Source of the DNA: the human T2T-CHM13v2.0 reference genome, Homo sapiens
Strand: one strand, 5' to 3'
Assembly: GCF_009914755.1 (NCBI RefSeq)
Contig: NC_060927.1
Length of the DNA: 64,000 nt
Shown here: positions 12,901 to 25,477 of the stretch, piece by piece
Layout: each line of letters begins with the position of its first letter
Numbering within the stretch: the stretch's first letter is position 1
Notes under the pieces: model-generated
What the model was told of the DNA's origin: nothing
What the model saw: only the letters and a program-made list of their open reading frames with translations
Databases searched by the model: none
Position numbers and translations under genes: made by a program

Positions 12901-15900
12901 TATCACATTGCACTACGTTAGACACACCCTTTGGAGTGAAATGTACTTGGATTTAAGTCCCAATTCTTTCACTTACTGACTGTGAAAACTTGGGCAACTA
13001 GTCTCCCTGAGCCCCAGTTTCCTCAGAAGTAAAATGGAGATTATAATATCTAATTCATAAGGCTCCTATGAGCACTAAAGGTGATGTATATAAAGGTCCC
13101 AGTACAGAGTCTGATATATAACAGATTATAAATGAATGAATCCATGAAAGTGGGGCCTGAGTCTTAGATAGCCTAAAAAGTCAATGCTGGGAAACCATAC
13201 CAGCATCTTCAGATTAACAATGATATATTTGCTAATCAGGACGTTGTTTCTCTCCAATACCCAGTCTGCCCATGTATTCAGATGCATATATCTGTGTAAT
13301 GCATACATTTGAGTTTTTGGGTATGTAAACAGAGCAAGTTAACTACATACATAGATTATGTAGCTATGTCATGTTAATATTTACATAAAGTGTAAATAGG
13401 TAAGTACAAAATGTCTGAAAGGATATACACCAAGGTATTGACAGTAGTTATCTCTGAAATGGGAATATAAGTATTTCCATTTTTGTGCATATAAAATGTT
13501 TACATTTGTCAAGAAGGACCATGTACTATTTTTTCAATAAAAAGAAAATACATTTATTTAATTTTTTTCAAGGTCCCTACAATAGCAATATGTGAGATTC
13601 TATTAAGAAAACAAAATGTCTTAATCCCATAGCCAATGTCAATATTTTCTTAAACCAATCTGTGGAAGGAGGGCCTCAGAGGCAGAAGGAAGGGAAGGCA
13701 TATGTCCAAGTTAACCTGTGAATTAGTTGGAAAGCTGAGTCAAAAAACCAGGTGGCAGGGCCCAGGCATCCCATTTTCAAGTGAGGAAATGAACCAGTGT
13801 TAACAGGGCTGGGAGTTCAGGTTCAGCCCTGCTGAGGAGGGGAGGGCACTGGCCCTGGGTCAAAAGAGCTAGATTCAGCTCCAGCTTTGACTTTATTTAT
13901 CCTTTCCATTTTAGGAGGTCATGGGAGGTCTTGTTTCCTCATCCATTAAGTAGTAATAATAACGACTTCCCACAGCACTGCTATCAGCGTAAAGGAGGAT
14001 GGGGAAGTATTTTGTTAACTGTCCAGCCCTAGCCAAACATTAGTTATAATTATTCCATCCTGCCAGTTCCCAAAAAGCAAGAGTCAGGAATGAGCTTTGG
14101 CTCCTAAACCGGACTTCCCTATAATAGCGACACCCAAATTATGCAAGGCCGAAAGGTCAACTTCCTCCATGACTGCTTTTTCCAGACCACATCGAGGAGA
14201 CACTGAGCCTCCTGAGGCCGGTTCTGTCAAGGACTGGCAGCAGACAGCCCTGTGTAGCCCAGAAGCCCGGTGCCATGTGTGGTAGGCAACTGGTCAGCGT
14301 GGGAGGAAGGCCCAGGAAGCTTTCCCTTCTACTTTGTTTGCATCTCAAAACGGTTTCAAACATATGAAACAAATATCTCCCTTCATGTAATGGGCTTGAG
14401 CATATGCTTGCCTGCTTGTGTTAGGGGCTGTAAATTGAAGAATATAAGTGGCAGCTTTCATTCCTCGTCACACTCTCTGAATGTTTTTGGCTTCTTGTAT
14501 ACGAGGCACCGGCTGTATAGTTCCCAACACCTGCTATCTATCCTCCGGCTAATCAAAAAGTTTAGCTACATTGCAGAAATGTCAAAAGTAATATATAGAG
14601 CTGAGATTTCAGAGGCCCCCCGTAGGAACAGGCTAGCAGGACTCTGTAAAAATGCCTGCATATATCTATGATTGCGGCACGAACGGCACTTGCTATCTTT
14701 TCCATACACTGTCCGTACACGCCCCTTGTTTCAACCCACTCCACACCAAGACTCCATTTTTGAATTGAAGAGTTGGAAGGGACTGCATGGATCCTTTACA
14801 GAGCACCCTAATTTGACAGACGATGAAAAGGATACCCCAAGAGATGTCACATCATGCTCAATACCATATGGTGAATTAACTTCAACAGAAGAAGGGAATA
14901 AAAAGAGCTCACAGAAGAAGCTGGGTCCATGCCCATATCATGCCCAGGCATCTGGCCAAAGCAATTAATCCTGTGAAAAATAATTGAAAAACCCATGGCT
15001 TTACGTAAAAAATTTAAAAATATTAATGCCAAAGTCCCTCCTCAGGAGGTTCTGGTTTAATTGCTCTGGGGTGAGGCCTGAGCACTGGCATGTTTCAAGG
15101 CAGCACAGATCATTCCGACGTACAGTCAGAATTATGAGCCGTCAGTTTAGAATAATACACTTGGCTGAAAGTCTAGTGGAATATAGTAGAAAAAATCCTG
15201 AACTTGGAGCCCGAAGACCCAAATTTGAATCTGGACCTTTTCATGATCATCAGTGTGGTTTGGGCAAGTTGCTTAACTGCTTTTATACCCACTACTTATC
15301 CATAAATCCTTACTTCATCCAGAATCTGAAACCCCCATGAGACAGTGCTCTTGAAAGTGCTCTGCAAACACTGAAATACTGTATCCATGTGAGACAAGAC
15401 CTGCTGGAGACTTTTCTAGCAGAGCACCTTTCTCGTAGTTGCTTGGCTATTCAAAAATTGAATTCAATTCAACAAATAGGTATTGAATGGCTGGTAGGAA
15501 ATAGACATTATGCTAGGTGCTGGCCATACAAAGATGAAGACATAGATCATGTAACTTAAGGAGTGCTGAGACTTGTAAGGGGAGGTGGACATTTAAACAA
15601 GGGGATACTACAAGGACAATAAGAGATGCAGCTTCAAGGGACAGAAACAGAACAAAGGACAAAGGAGGGGATGCTCACTCTGGAATATGGTGGTCAGGAG
15701 AGAGAAAGAGATATTTGTGCCAGCTTGAACAATCAGGTCTTCTAGGTGGAAAATAAAGAAGAAGGTTGCTCCAGGTTGAGGGATGAGCATATGCAAAGAT
15801 ACAGAATTGTTACTCAGCCAAGTAGTTTGATATGGGCTGGGGCACTGAATGGTAGGGTGGGATTCAGACCAGATCATTGACAGATAAATGAGATTATCAT

Positions 15901-16212
15901 TCAATGTAGATTGACATAAATCACTTTTTTTTGGAGAAAGAAAAATGATGTTTAATGGCAGGTTTAAAATTACTATGGCTTTAAGAAGAACAGAATTATT
16001 GCACTCACTTTTTAAGGACCTGGTTATCTCTCTGAACCACAGGTAATCGGAGTTCAAAGAGTTAACATAGTCTGAAGCCTCTCATTGGTCTCAGGTCCAG
16101 AAAAGTTGCTAGGTTACTTTGCAGAAGAGAAACAAATAAAAACACTTTCCCAAGTGAAAAGAAAATTAATAGTAAAAGATGTGTTTAGGGACTTACACAT
16201 CTGCAGAGCATT

Positions 16213-16238
16213 GTGTGTGTGTGTGTGTGTGTGTGTGT
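16213..16238. repeat. (TG)n microsatellite in MASP1 intron 1
   Basis: Direct inspection. Confidence 0.9.
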
Positions 16239-17064
16239 AACAGCATTAACACTTAACTAATAAAAATAACTAGGGTGGTTGGGTTTTCAGACTTGCAGGA
16301 TAGAACTTGTATGAAAGGTCTGGTAAGGAGTGTCAAGTATAATGAGGAATAAGAAAGGTTAAAGAGTTTAAAACCAATTAGAATTTGAAGTTCTTGATTT
16401 CAGAACTCTAAAATCCTTTTTTTTTTTTTAAGTATGATATCTCTTTAAGAGCCATTTGGTGTACTTCATAGCCTGATTCATGCCACCAGCTGCCTCTGAT
16501 TTCAATGAGAAATGCAGAAAATTTATAGGGAACTGTAAAATGGGGACAGATTTTTAGTTTTCTAAATTGAGGTTTAACTGGCAAACTTGTAAAGGTTGAA
16601 GAAACCACAGAGCCAAGCTATGGGAAGCTGGTTTCTTTTCTGGTCAGAAGGAATGAACACACAAACACATATCTAACTCACAAAGTGCTGGAAGAGAGAA
16701 AGCAATGCTCTTTCCAGAGGAGGAACACGGAAAAATCAGCCTTGTGGGTGAACAGGAGGAGAGTCACATTCGCCAGCAGGCAGCACCCTGTGCAGGCAGT
16801 GGGAGAAATCTGAGCTTCAGCAGCGTCCGGAGCAGGATTTGCACGAAGTCTCCCGTTTCAAGTTTTATGTCTCCTGGAGTCCTGGGGAAGGCACCCAGCC
16901 CACCCACAGCTCCCTTCTCAGAGCCCTAAGAATTGATGAGAAAGCCCCTCACTACCACATGCAGGACACGCAGGTGAGTCTGTCAGTGACAAGGTCAGAC
17001 CTTCCCTGCTATTTGACACTGGTCCCCAAAAGGGAACCGTGCCCTCTCCTCCCCTGGCACGTAC

Positions 17065-17069
17065 CTCAT
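17065..17069 (-). CDS. MASP1: MASP1 exon 1 coding part (ATG AG|), start of signal peptide
   Basis: Minus strand reads GGCAGGAAA ATG AG|GTACGT. The phase-2 donor joins the exon 2 first base G to give M-R-W-L-L-L-Y-Y, the known MASP1 N-terminus. Confidence 0.95.
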
Positions 17070-17448
17070 TTTCCTGCCTTGGGTGCTCCCGGCTGCCCGG
17101 CCTTGGTCCTCCCAGCTTGACTTGCCTGTGAGCTCGTGCCCGGTGTGGTGTCCGTGATGCCTTATCTTTGTTCTGAGGTCCCTGTGTGTCTCTGGAATTG
17201 GCTGGCATTCTCCATTCAGGTCACGCCTTCCCCTGCCTGCAACAGATCCCCTCTCCCCCTCTCTCCCTCTGGCTTTTCCTCTCTCCTCTCTCTCTCCTTT
17301 GACTTGCTCTTGCACTCCCAGGAACCTGACAACAAAATCTGTCTTCCTACCGAAAAGATCTGCTCCTTCCCTTCCCTCCTTTATCCTGTGTGGCTGACTT
17401 CAGCCCTTGAGAGAAAATAACTGAGGGGCTCAAGCAGGTATTTGTATC

Positions 17449-17452
<4 letters not shown>

Positions 17453-17507
<55 letters not shown>
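17453..17507. repeat. Compound (TG)n(AG)n microsatellite in the MASP1 promoter
   Basis: Direct inspection. Confidence 0.95.
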
Positions 17508-17688
17508 TGAAAGGGGACAAAGTCTAATTTCTCTTTAGTCTTTTTTGCCAGATGACTATAATTTTCTGCTTTTCTTCAGGACACCCATGAAAGAAAAGCA
17601 ATTAAATAGAAACAACCAACTAAGAAGGCAATTCTAGCACCTACACTAGAAGAAAAAAAAAAGGTCTAAATCCCAGAGCGTCTGTCTG

Positions 17689-17790
17689 CAAATAACTACA
17701 GGTTTCCTTGTGAGCAGAGCCCCAAATAACTACAGGTTTTCTCGTGATCAGAGTCACACACAACGACAGGTTTTCCTGTGAACAGAGCCA
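17689..17790. repeat. 3 x 34-bp degenerate tandem repeat
   Basis: Units caaataactacaggtttccttgtgagcagagccc / caaataactacaggttttctcgtgatcagagtca / cacacaacgacaggttttcctgtgaacagagcca. Confidence 0.85.
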
Positions 17791-20700
17791 CGGGCCCGGA
17801 ACTGGGGAAGCACCAAGTCCTGAAGTTGGCTGGTTGTTCCTCCCCATGAGCAATACCTGTGGCACTGTTTACTTGCTCGGAGTGTGTGCGGCTCTACTCC
17901 AGCCCAGAAAGGGCCCATTGCAGCAAGAAATCTCACCTCCCCAGGGGTGTAGAAAGACCTGGGCCTGTATATATGTCTATACCCATGGCTTCCGGAGAAA
18001 TCAACACTAGATCTAAGATGAGCTGAATAATAAGAAAATTACCCCCTCCACAACAACAACAACCAACACTGAATAGGGAGAGGTGTATCTGGGTGTAAAA
18101 GTTAAGTTTGACTGTGCACCTTTTCTGTGTTAGACACAGTACTAGTCATTAACATCATCTCAAGTTACTTTTGCAAACTGGTGAAAGTGCTGCTGTTATA
18201 CTCATTTTACAAGTGAGGACACTAAGGCTCAGAGAGAATATGCCACTTGCCAAGATCATCCAGTTATTTATGACTCCCCACTGCCACTAGCACTAGAAGC
18301 TAACAGCTATTGAGTGCTATGTGTCAGGCACTGCTCTAAGCACTTAATATATGAATTCTTTTCAGTCATCTTTATATGTTGTATACATGGCTGGCAATAT
18401 TCTCATTTTTCAGAGGAAATTGCCCAGAGAGGTTAAGTAACTTTCCCAAGTTCACACAGCTAGAAAGTAATAGAGGCAGAATTTGATGTGTTAGCCACTG
18501 TATTACACTGCTACTCATTAACATTTTATAATGCATATGGAATTTCAAATGCACACACACAGACGGCATTCATAGAGAAACTCAATCTGAGTCATTTTGA
18601 AAAGAAGATTAGACTCAGAGTTTAGCTGTAATCTTTCCTTTCTACCCAAGACAGCTGTGTACTTTGGGCACAATACTTAAGGTATCTGATTCTGTGTCTT
18701 CATTTGGAAAATGGGAGTTACTATGAGGCTTAAATAAGACTGTGCTTGTAGAAGTGTCCAGGGGAGTACCAGAGAGAGGGCTGCCAGCCACACTCACCAA
18801 AGCGGCAGACACATGCACTGTCTACCCTCAGATAACGTTCCTTTGGCACGTTCTGGGGAACAGTGGCTTGACTCTCACTGTACTTCTTACTCCATTTTCT
18901 CTCCAGTTTCTCTAATTTTCACACTTTTGAATGCCAGCCTTGCCAAGCTTGGCATTATCAAGAGGCTGTGGTTGATAAAGCAGGTACAAGTATATGAGAT
19001 GGGAGGATATGTTTGAACTCAGGCACTGTTTTAGCAAAATGTGTTCTGTCTCAGTCAGCACAGGAAAAAAAGCTTTTAACATTCCCGTTAAGAAGACTCA
19101 CAGGCTCCGCACACATTAAATAACTCTCACAAAACAACATTTTAATGATTTACGTGTAAATGAATCAGAAACACATGGACGACATTTCTCTTGGAATACA
19201 CAAGGGTTTTAAAACTGAAGGAGAAAGAGCTTGGCAAAATGCACACTGTGCTGGGAAGAGGGCCCCTGCCCAGTAAAGACATTCCCTCAATTCATGCTGC
19301 CACGGAGTTTGCCCTCTCCTAATTTAGGGCATATACTGGGAACTGCAGTCATTTGTTCTGGGTACAGAGGGAAGAGCTTGGGCGAGAAAGCCATCAGCTT
19401 CTCCTTGGAAAGTGTCACAGAGCAATTAGGCCTCCTGGAATAATTTTCTAGCCATGTTTCTTCAAGGCTGCCAATGTTCAATGGAAAGCATTCGAGATGT
19501 GTTCTAAGCCAAAGTTCTGCCAATATATAGCAGATCTGATATGTGCGCTTCCCTGGGAGTTAGCCAAGGCTCAGAGGAAATCTGCATAAAAACAGGAACT
19601 ACGTGGCCCAGGAATGATCTGCATGTGATTCAGGACAGTTTTCTACTTGGTTACACTACATATTGTCTGATGCTTTTGATGAATCTCCCTGAAGTGTCAC
19701 TAAGAGATCGTGGGTCATCAGGGGTGGGAGGAATGGAAGGGACATTAGGCTGGAAACAGAACTGGGCTCAGTGACTATAGGCCAGCTTGCATGTGACCTT
19801 GGGTAAGTCACTTACTTTCTCAGGGGTGGGGGTTGAGGGGTGGAGGGGTGGGGCATCAGTGTGTTCAATTATGAAATCAGGGGGTGGGACTCAGTTGAGA
19901 TCATAGATATCAACATGTGGATATGAAGACTATGAAATGATGTCGTTGGGAGGGGGTTAGGTAGTTTGCTAGACCTAAAAGATTGTCAAGGAGTCCAAAA
20001 TAGCTCTAATAATCTTGACATTGGCTTTTTCTGTGCTCATAATATTACTGATACTAAGAATTTAATCACAGATATTCAGAAAAAGTAATATTTAAAAAGG
20101 TTCAACTAGTTTTTTGAGTTTGGCAAAAGCGATTAAAAAATGCATACAAGGAACTGACATCATTTAGAATCATGAAAGCGTAGAATGACTGAGGTGGGCT
20201 CAGCACCCGCGCACTATAGTCCTGTAGTCCGGGAAAGGGATCAGAGAGCTGCCTACTAAGGGTAAATGCGGCAATATTCCTACCACTGGAAGAGGTTTTG
20301 GTTTACATGTTCTACCAAAGTATTTATTTTATGCAACTTTTGAGCTAGAGCTTCTGGAATTCAATGAATGGGTTAGAAAACGTAAAGAATTTGGGCAATG
20401 ACTTTTTGTTGGTAAGGGCTGAAATCCAGGCTTCCTACAGAATATTTGAGAAACTGATAAATAGCTCCAAAGATGGCAGCTTAGAATGAAAATCTGGGTT
20501 CTTCAGCACATTGACTGACAGCATGCCGAAAGTCCTGGCTTCTGAGTCTATCAACAGAATAATGGGGAAAATATTTTTTAAAAATGACAATCTTTGAGCT
20601 TCATCCCAGGAGATTCAAACCCAATGAATCTGTGGGTAAGTCTCCTGAATCTGTAATTTGAAAATCTCCCCTGGCATGATTTTGCCACTTTTGGTACAAA

Positions 20701-21519
20701 TAACATAATGATACATTTTATAATTGATGGCACCTTTGATTTGATAAGATGTCATTTGTATATGCCAGATACTTTTATATATATTATTGCATATAGTATT
20801 CACATCTTTTTTTACAAGTAAAGACATTGAGGTTCAGAGAAACTAAGCCTGCCCGTGCCTGTAAGTGAATGATGTATGTCTAGAGCCCAGGGCCCCCTGA
20901 TCTCAAGTGCAAAGCTCTTCCCTGTCGTCTGCAAATTTCTCGTGCTTCTTGTGGACTCTGAACATTCATGTGCCATGCTGTCATGTGATTACAAGATTTT
21001 ACAGAAGACAAAAAATAGCTTCTATTTAAAAAAATAAATGATTAGGCTCTGTTATGGGCTGAATTACATTCCCCTCAAATGCATATGTTGAATTTCTAAC
21101 CCTCAGTACTTCAGAAGGTGACTGTGTTTGGAAAAAGGGCTTTTAATGAGGTGTTTAAGTTAAAATGGGATCCTTAGAATGGGCCCTAATCCAATACAAT
21201 TGGTGTCTTTATAAGAGGACATTAAGACACAGACACACACAGAGGGAAGACCATGTGAAGACGTAGGGTGAAGATGGCCACCTGCAGGCCAAGGATAAAA
21301 GCCACAAAAGAAACCAAATCTGCCAACACCTCCATCTCGGACAGTTTTTGTTTATAGTCCCGAAAGACACAAGCCTGAAATCTATAATCCCAAATATGGA
21401 AATTCCAAAAAGTCAAAACCTCTAAAGTCTAAATCCCTAACATCTAAAATCCCCAAAATCAAAATCACAAGATAGTTGCATCATATTAGGTGGAACTCTT
21501 TACTTTGTCACTGTCTTTA

Positions 21520-22186
21520 TGCAGAGGAAAATGGATTTCAATTGAATCCTCAAACCATAAAGACAGATTTGGAATTAGGTGTGATTGAGGTTTCTAAAGG
21601 TGAACTTCAAGGTATTACCAATAAAGTTTGTTTTTTTCCATTCTGTCCAATGTGTTTGGCAGAAACTTCAGATGAGTGGACTGGTCACGTGATACAGCAA
21701 TGACAAAAACTTCAGTATTGGCATTCATTCCAGCTGATGGCATTCCAGGAGCTTTTAATGAATTAAAGCCACATTTGCCTGAAGAAGCCAGCGAAGTTAC
21801 TAACTGGTTCAAAAACGATTATGTGCATGATGGGCAGTATTGTTGCAGTTCAATCACCAGTATTGCTTCCACCAGATTTGTGGTCTATATATGTGTGCAT
21901 ATGGAATAGATTTCCACAGACCCACAACACGGAAGCATGGCACAGAAGATGGGAAAAAATGGGGAATACTCATGTAGTTGTATACTAAACCATAGAAGAA
22001 TTTTGAAAAGAGCAGTGTCACATGGAAAATAAATGTGAACATATTCTCCAAGGACAGCCATGTCGTAAAAGAAAAAAAGCAGCTATTTTTTGTGATGTGA
22101 GACTTAAAAATATAGTTAATGACTGTGAAAGTTGGCCAGCTCTTATGGACTATCTCCATGCAATTGCCCATAATCTAGCTCCATAA
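21520..22186 (+). pseudogene. Disrupted MULE transposase C-terminal half
   Basis: Across frameshifts and stops reads LNPQTIKTDLELG...KVCFFH.VQCVWQKLQMSGL...LAFIPADGIPGAFNELKPHLPEEASEVTNWF...FPQTHNTEAWHRRWEK...MDYLHAIAHNL. TD.E, CxxH and T.N..EAWH motifs match Mutator DDE transposases. Confidence 0.85.
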
Positions 22187-22897
22187 CTTTTTTATTTGTT
22201 GAATTTTCTTTTTAGTTTTTAGTTTTTATTTTTAGTTTTTTTCACTATTTGAAATTGTCAGCATTATTTTTTTATAATTCGCCATGCTACCTATTTCATC
22301 TTTGCATCATTTCCAATACTGCATGCATCGTATAAAGAGTTTTAGAGAGTCCTAATTTGCTTTGTGCATTTTTGCAAATGTAACTCCATGAAAGTGCATT
22401 TTCAAAATGTTGAACTTGTGTGTAAGCAGTATGTGTGTGCATAAAGACATTAAAACTTCCTCGACAAATGAAAATGTATCTTCTTTGTACATCTGCTTTT
22501 ATGAAAGATAAAATTTCTCAATGCCTTGGCTCTTTGGGCAACTGATGTGGTGGTGATATGGTAGTGACTCATCACGGTTTTTGATCAATCTTATCAAAAG
22601 ACTTAGAAGAGTCTAAGAATCACAGCATTTCAGATGACTGCTGTATAAAGCTGGGGGCACACAATTACCAACCACAGTGTGATATACATTTTTATATTTT
22701 GCTTTTTGATTTATTTATTTATGAATATGGTTCATCTGCTCATAACTGTTATACCCATGTGACTGTTGTTAGTATATCTGAGTGTTTCTGCTTGCAAAAA
22801 TATGGTATTATTGTCCATTTTATTGTGTAAAGTAGCCTATGAAGAGTTCTGTCATGTTTTTGCATGTTTCTTAAATAAATCCCCTTTAAAAATGTAA

Positions 22898-23226
<329 letters not shown>

Positions 23227-23519
23227 TGAAAAAGTTTTTTCTAAAATATTTTTGGAATTTTGTTTTTCAGGATTTTAACATTGGGGATGATGGCATTTGG
23301 GATTATGGTCAGCTCCCATCTTGGACTTCTGGCCTCTAGAATTGTGAGAAAATAAATATCTGTGATTTAAGCCCCCCGACTCTGTGGTGTTTTGTGATGG
23401 CATCTTTGGCAAATGAATACAGCTGGCTTACAGAAGGGCCTCCCAAAGCATGAAACCCACATCACCAGGGGTGTCACATTGATTTCACACATCACATTCA
23501 CAGAATTAACAAACACTGG

Positions 23520-23950
23520 GTCAGTTAAGGCTCTGTTTGGTAGGAAGTAAGAGAAATCTTGACTAACGTTGAAGCAGATAGGACTTATTTTTCTCACAGA
23601 GTAAGAAGTAAGGAAGCAGGTGGGGCTGGGGCAACTGATCAAGATTGTTTCCAATCTGCCAACCTTAGGATGGGGCTTTTCTCCTCATGCTTGTCACCTC
23701 TTGGTCACAGAAAGGCTGCTGTAACTCCAGATGTCATGTTCACATTCAAAGTGGGAGGGGAGAAAAGGAGGACAAGGATGAGGTAGCACTGGGAGATTTC
23801 TGCTTGTGTCTCACAGGCCAGAGCGGGGTTGTGCAACCTGCACTAGCAGCAAGGGAGGCTGGGAAGTCAAATTCTTATTTTGCAGCTTATATGGCAAGGC
23901 AGGCAGCAAGGAAGACCGAGGTTGGAAATGGGTGTTGCATGAGTCGTTAC
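23520..23950. mobile_element. Old MLT1 (J/K-like) LTR fragment
   Basis: gtcagttaaggctctgtttggt...aagtaagagaaa; aaggctgctgtaactccagatgtcatg; gcaagggaggctgggaa. Confidence 0.55.
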
Positions 23951-24150
23951 CATACGTGCCAAGAAGTTCCTGCCTTTTTCATTTGTCTTTCATTCCTGAT
24001 ATTATTAAGAAGAAAGTTAAGAAGAAAGCTTCAAGGGGCCATTATGCCATTAACACTAATTTGCCTCTTAAAAAGGAATGATGGGTCTCAGATTCAGAGC
24101 TTATGGAGGCATTAGTATTCTAGAATTTGACAATTTAAAAAAAGTAGTAT

Positions 24151-24442
24151 TGCTGGGTGTGGTGGCTCACGCCTGTAATCCCAGCACTTTGGGAGGTCGA
24201 GACGGGCAGATCATTCTAGGCCAGGAGTTCAAGACCAGATTGGCCAACATGGCAAAACCCTGTTTCTATTAAAAGTACAAAAATTTGCCTGGCATGGTGG
24301 CGGGCGCCTGTAATCCCAGTTACTCGGGAGGCTGAGGCTCAAGACTTGCTTGAACCTGGGAGGCGGAGATTGCAGTGAGCCAAGATTGAACCACTGCACC
24401 CCAGCCTGGGCAACAGAATGAGACTCCATTTCAAAAAAAAAA
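24151..24442 (+). mobile_element. AluS, left member of inverted pair
   Basis: Full-length Alu with polyA at 24433-24442. Confidence 0.95.
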
Positions 24443-24467
24443 GGTATTATCAGTGGTAGTGACATAC

Positions 24468-24766
24468 TTTTTTTTTTCTTTTGAGACGGAGTCTCACTGT
24501 GTTGCCCAGGCTGGAGTGCAGTGGCAAAACCTTGGCTCGCTGCAACCTCCACCTCCCGGGTTCAAGGAAGTCTTGAGCCTCAGCCTCCTGAGTAGCTGGC
24601 TGGGTTTACAGGTGCTGCCACCATGCCCAGCTAATTTTTGTATTTTTAATAGAGACAGGGTTTTGCCATGTTGGCCACTCTGGTCTTGAACTCCTGGCCT
24701 CAAGTGATCTGCCTGTCTCGGCCTCTCAAAGTGCTGGGATTACAGGTGTGAGCCATTGCACCTGGC
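24468..24766 (-). mobile_element. AluS, right member of inverted pair
   Basis: Full-length reverse Alu, TSD tgacatactttt / tgacacactttt. Confidence 0.95.
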
Positions 24767-24901
24767 TGACACACTTTTAAATATGTGGCTTTCAGTTAAA
24801 AATTCCAGAATAGATTTAATCAAAAATATAGAAATAAATAATAATATAGGTGGTATTAAGACATATGAAAAAATGTAAGATAAATTATTAAGTGTTAAAA
24901 A

Positions 24902-25477
24902 TGGCAATGGTTACTTTCATGTGTCAACCTGACTAGGTTAAAAGATGCCCGGATAGCTGGTAAAATATTATTTCTAGGTGTGTCTGTGAGGACCTTTCTG
25001 GAAGAAATCATCATTTGAACCAGCGGGCTGAGTATGGAAGATCTGCTGTCATCAATGTGGTGGGCATCATTCGATCCATTGAGGGCTTTGGTGGAACAAG
25101 AAAGCAGAGGCAGGGTGTGTTTGCTGTCTCTTCTGGAGCTGGGACATGCGTTCTTTCCTGCCGTCAGACATCAGAGCTCCTGGTTCTTGGACTTTTGGAC
25201 TCTGGGTCTTACACCAGTGGTTACATGCCTATCCCACCCTCCCAAGCTCTCAGGCCTTCAGCCTTGGACTTAGACATCACTGGTTGCCTTGGGTCTTAGG
25301 CCTTTGCACTCTAACTGAATGCAGCTCCGGCTGTCTTGGTTTTACAGCTTGCAGATGACATATCCTGGAACTTCTTGTCTTCCATACTCATGTGAGCCAA
25401 TTTCTATAATAAATCCCCTCTTATAAATCTATATATTTCCTACTGGTTCTATGTCTCTGGAGATCCTTACTAATACA
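24902..25477 (+). mobile_element. MLT2 (ERVL) solo LTR
   Basis: tggttactttcatgtgtcaacctgactagg...ggttctatgtctctggaga...ctaataca. Confidence 0.85.

Larger units (their letters stand above)
17070..17900 (-). promoter_or_regulatory. MASP1: MASP1 5' UTR and proximal promoter (TSS not determinable from sequence)
   Basis: Lies directly upstream of the start codon. GATA motif (cttatct 17161-17167), FOXA-type TGTTTAC near 17867, purine-rich tract 17250-17300, (TG)n(AG)n microsatellite. No CpG island or clear TATA box. Confidence 0.6.

Noticed and set aside
17689-17790. CRISPR-like array interpretation of this or the 37.5 kb repeat
   Set aside because: No unique spacers, no cas genes, primate genomic context.
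20501-20527. REST/RE1-like ttcagcac...gacagc
   Set aside because: Both half sites mismatch and spacing is non-canonical.
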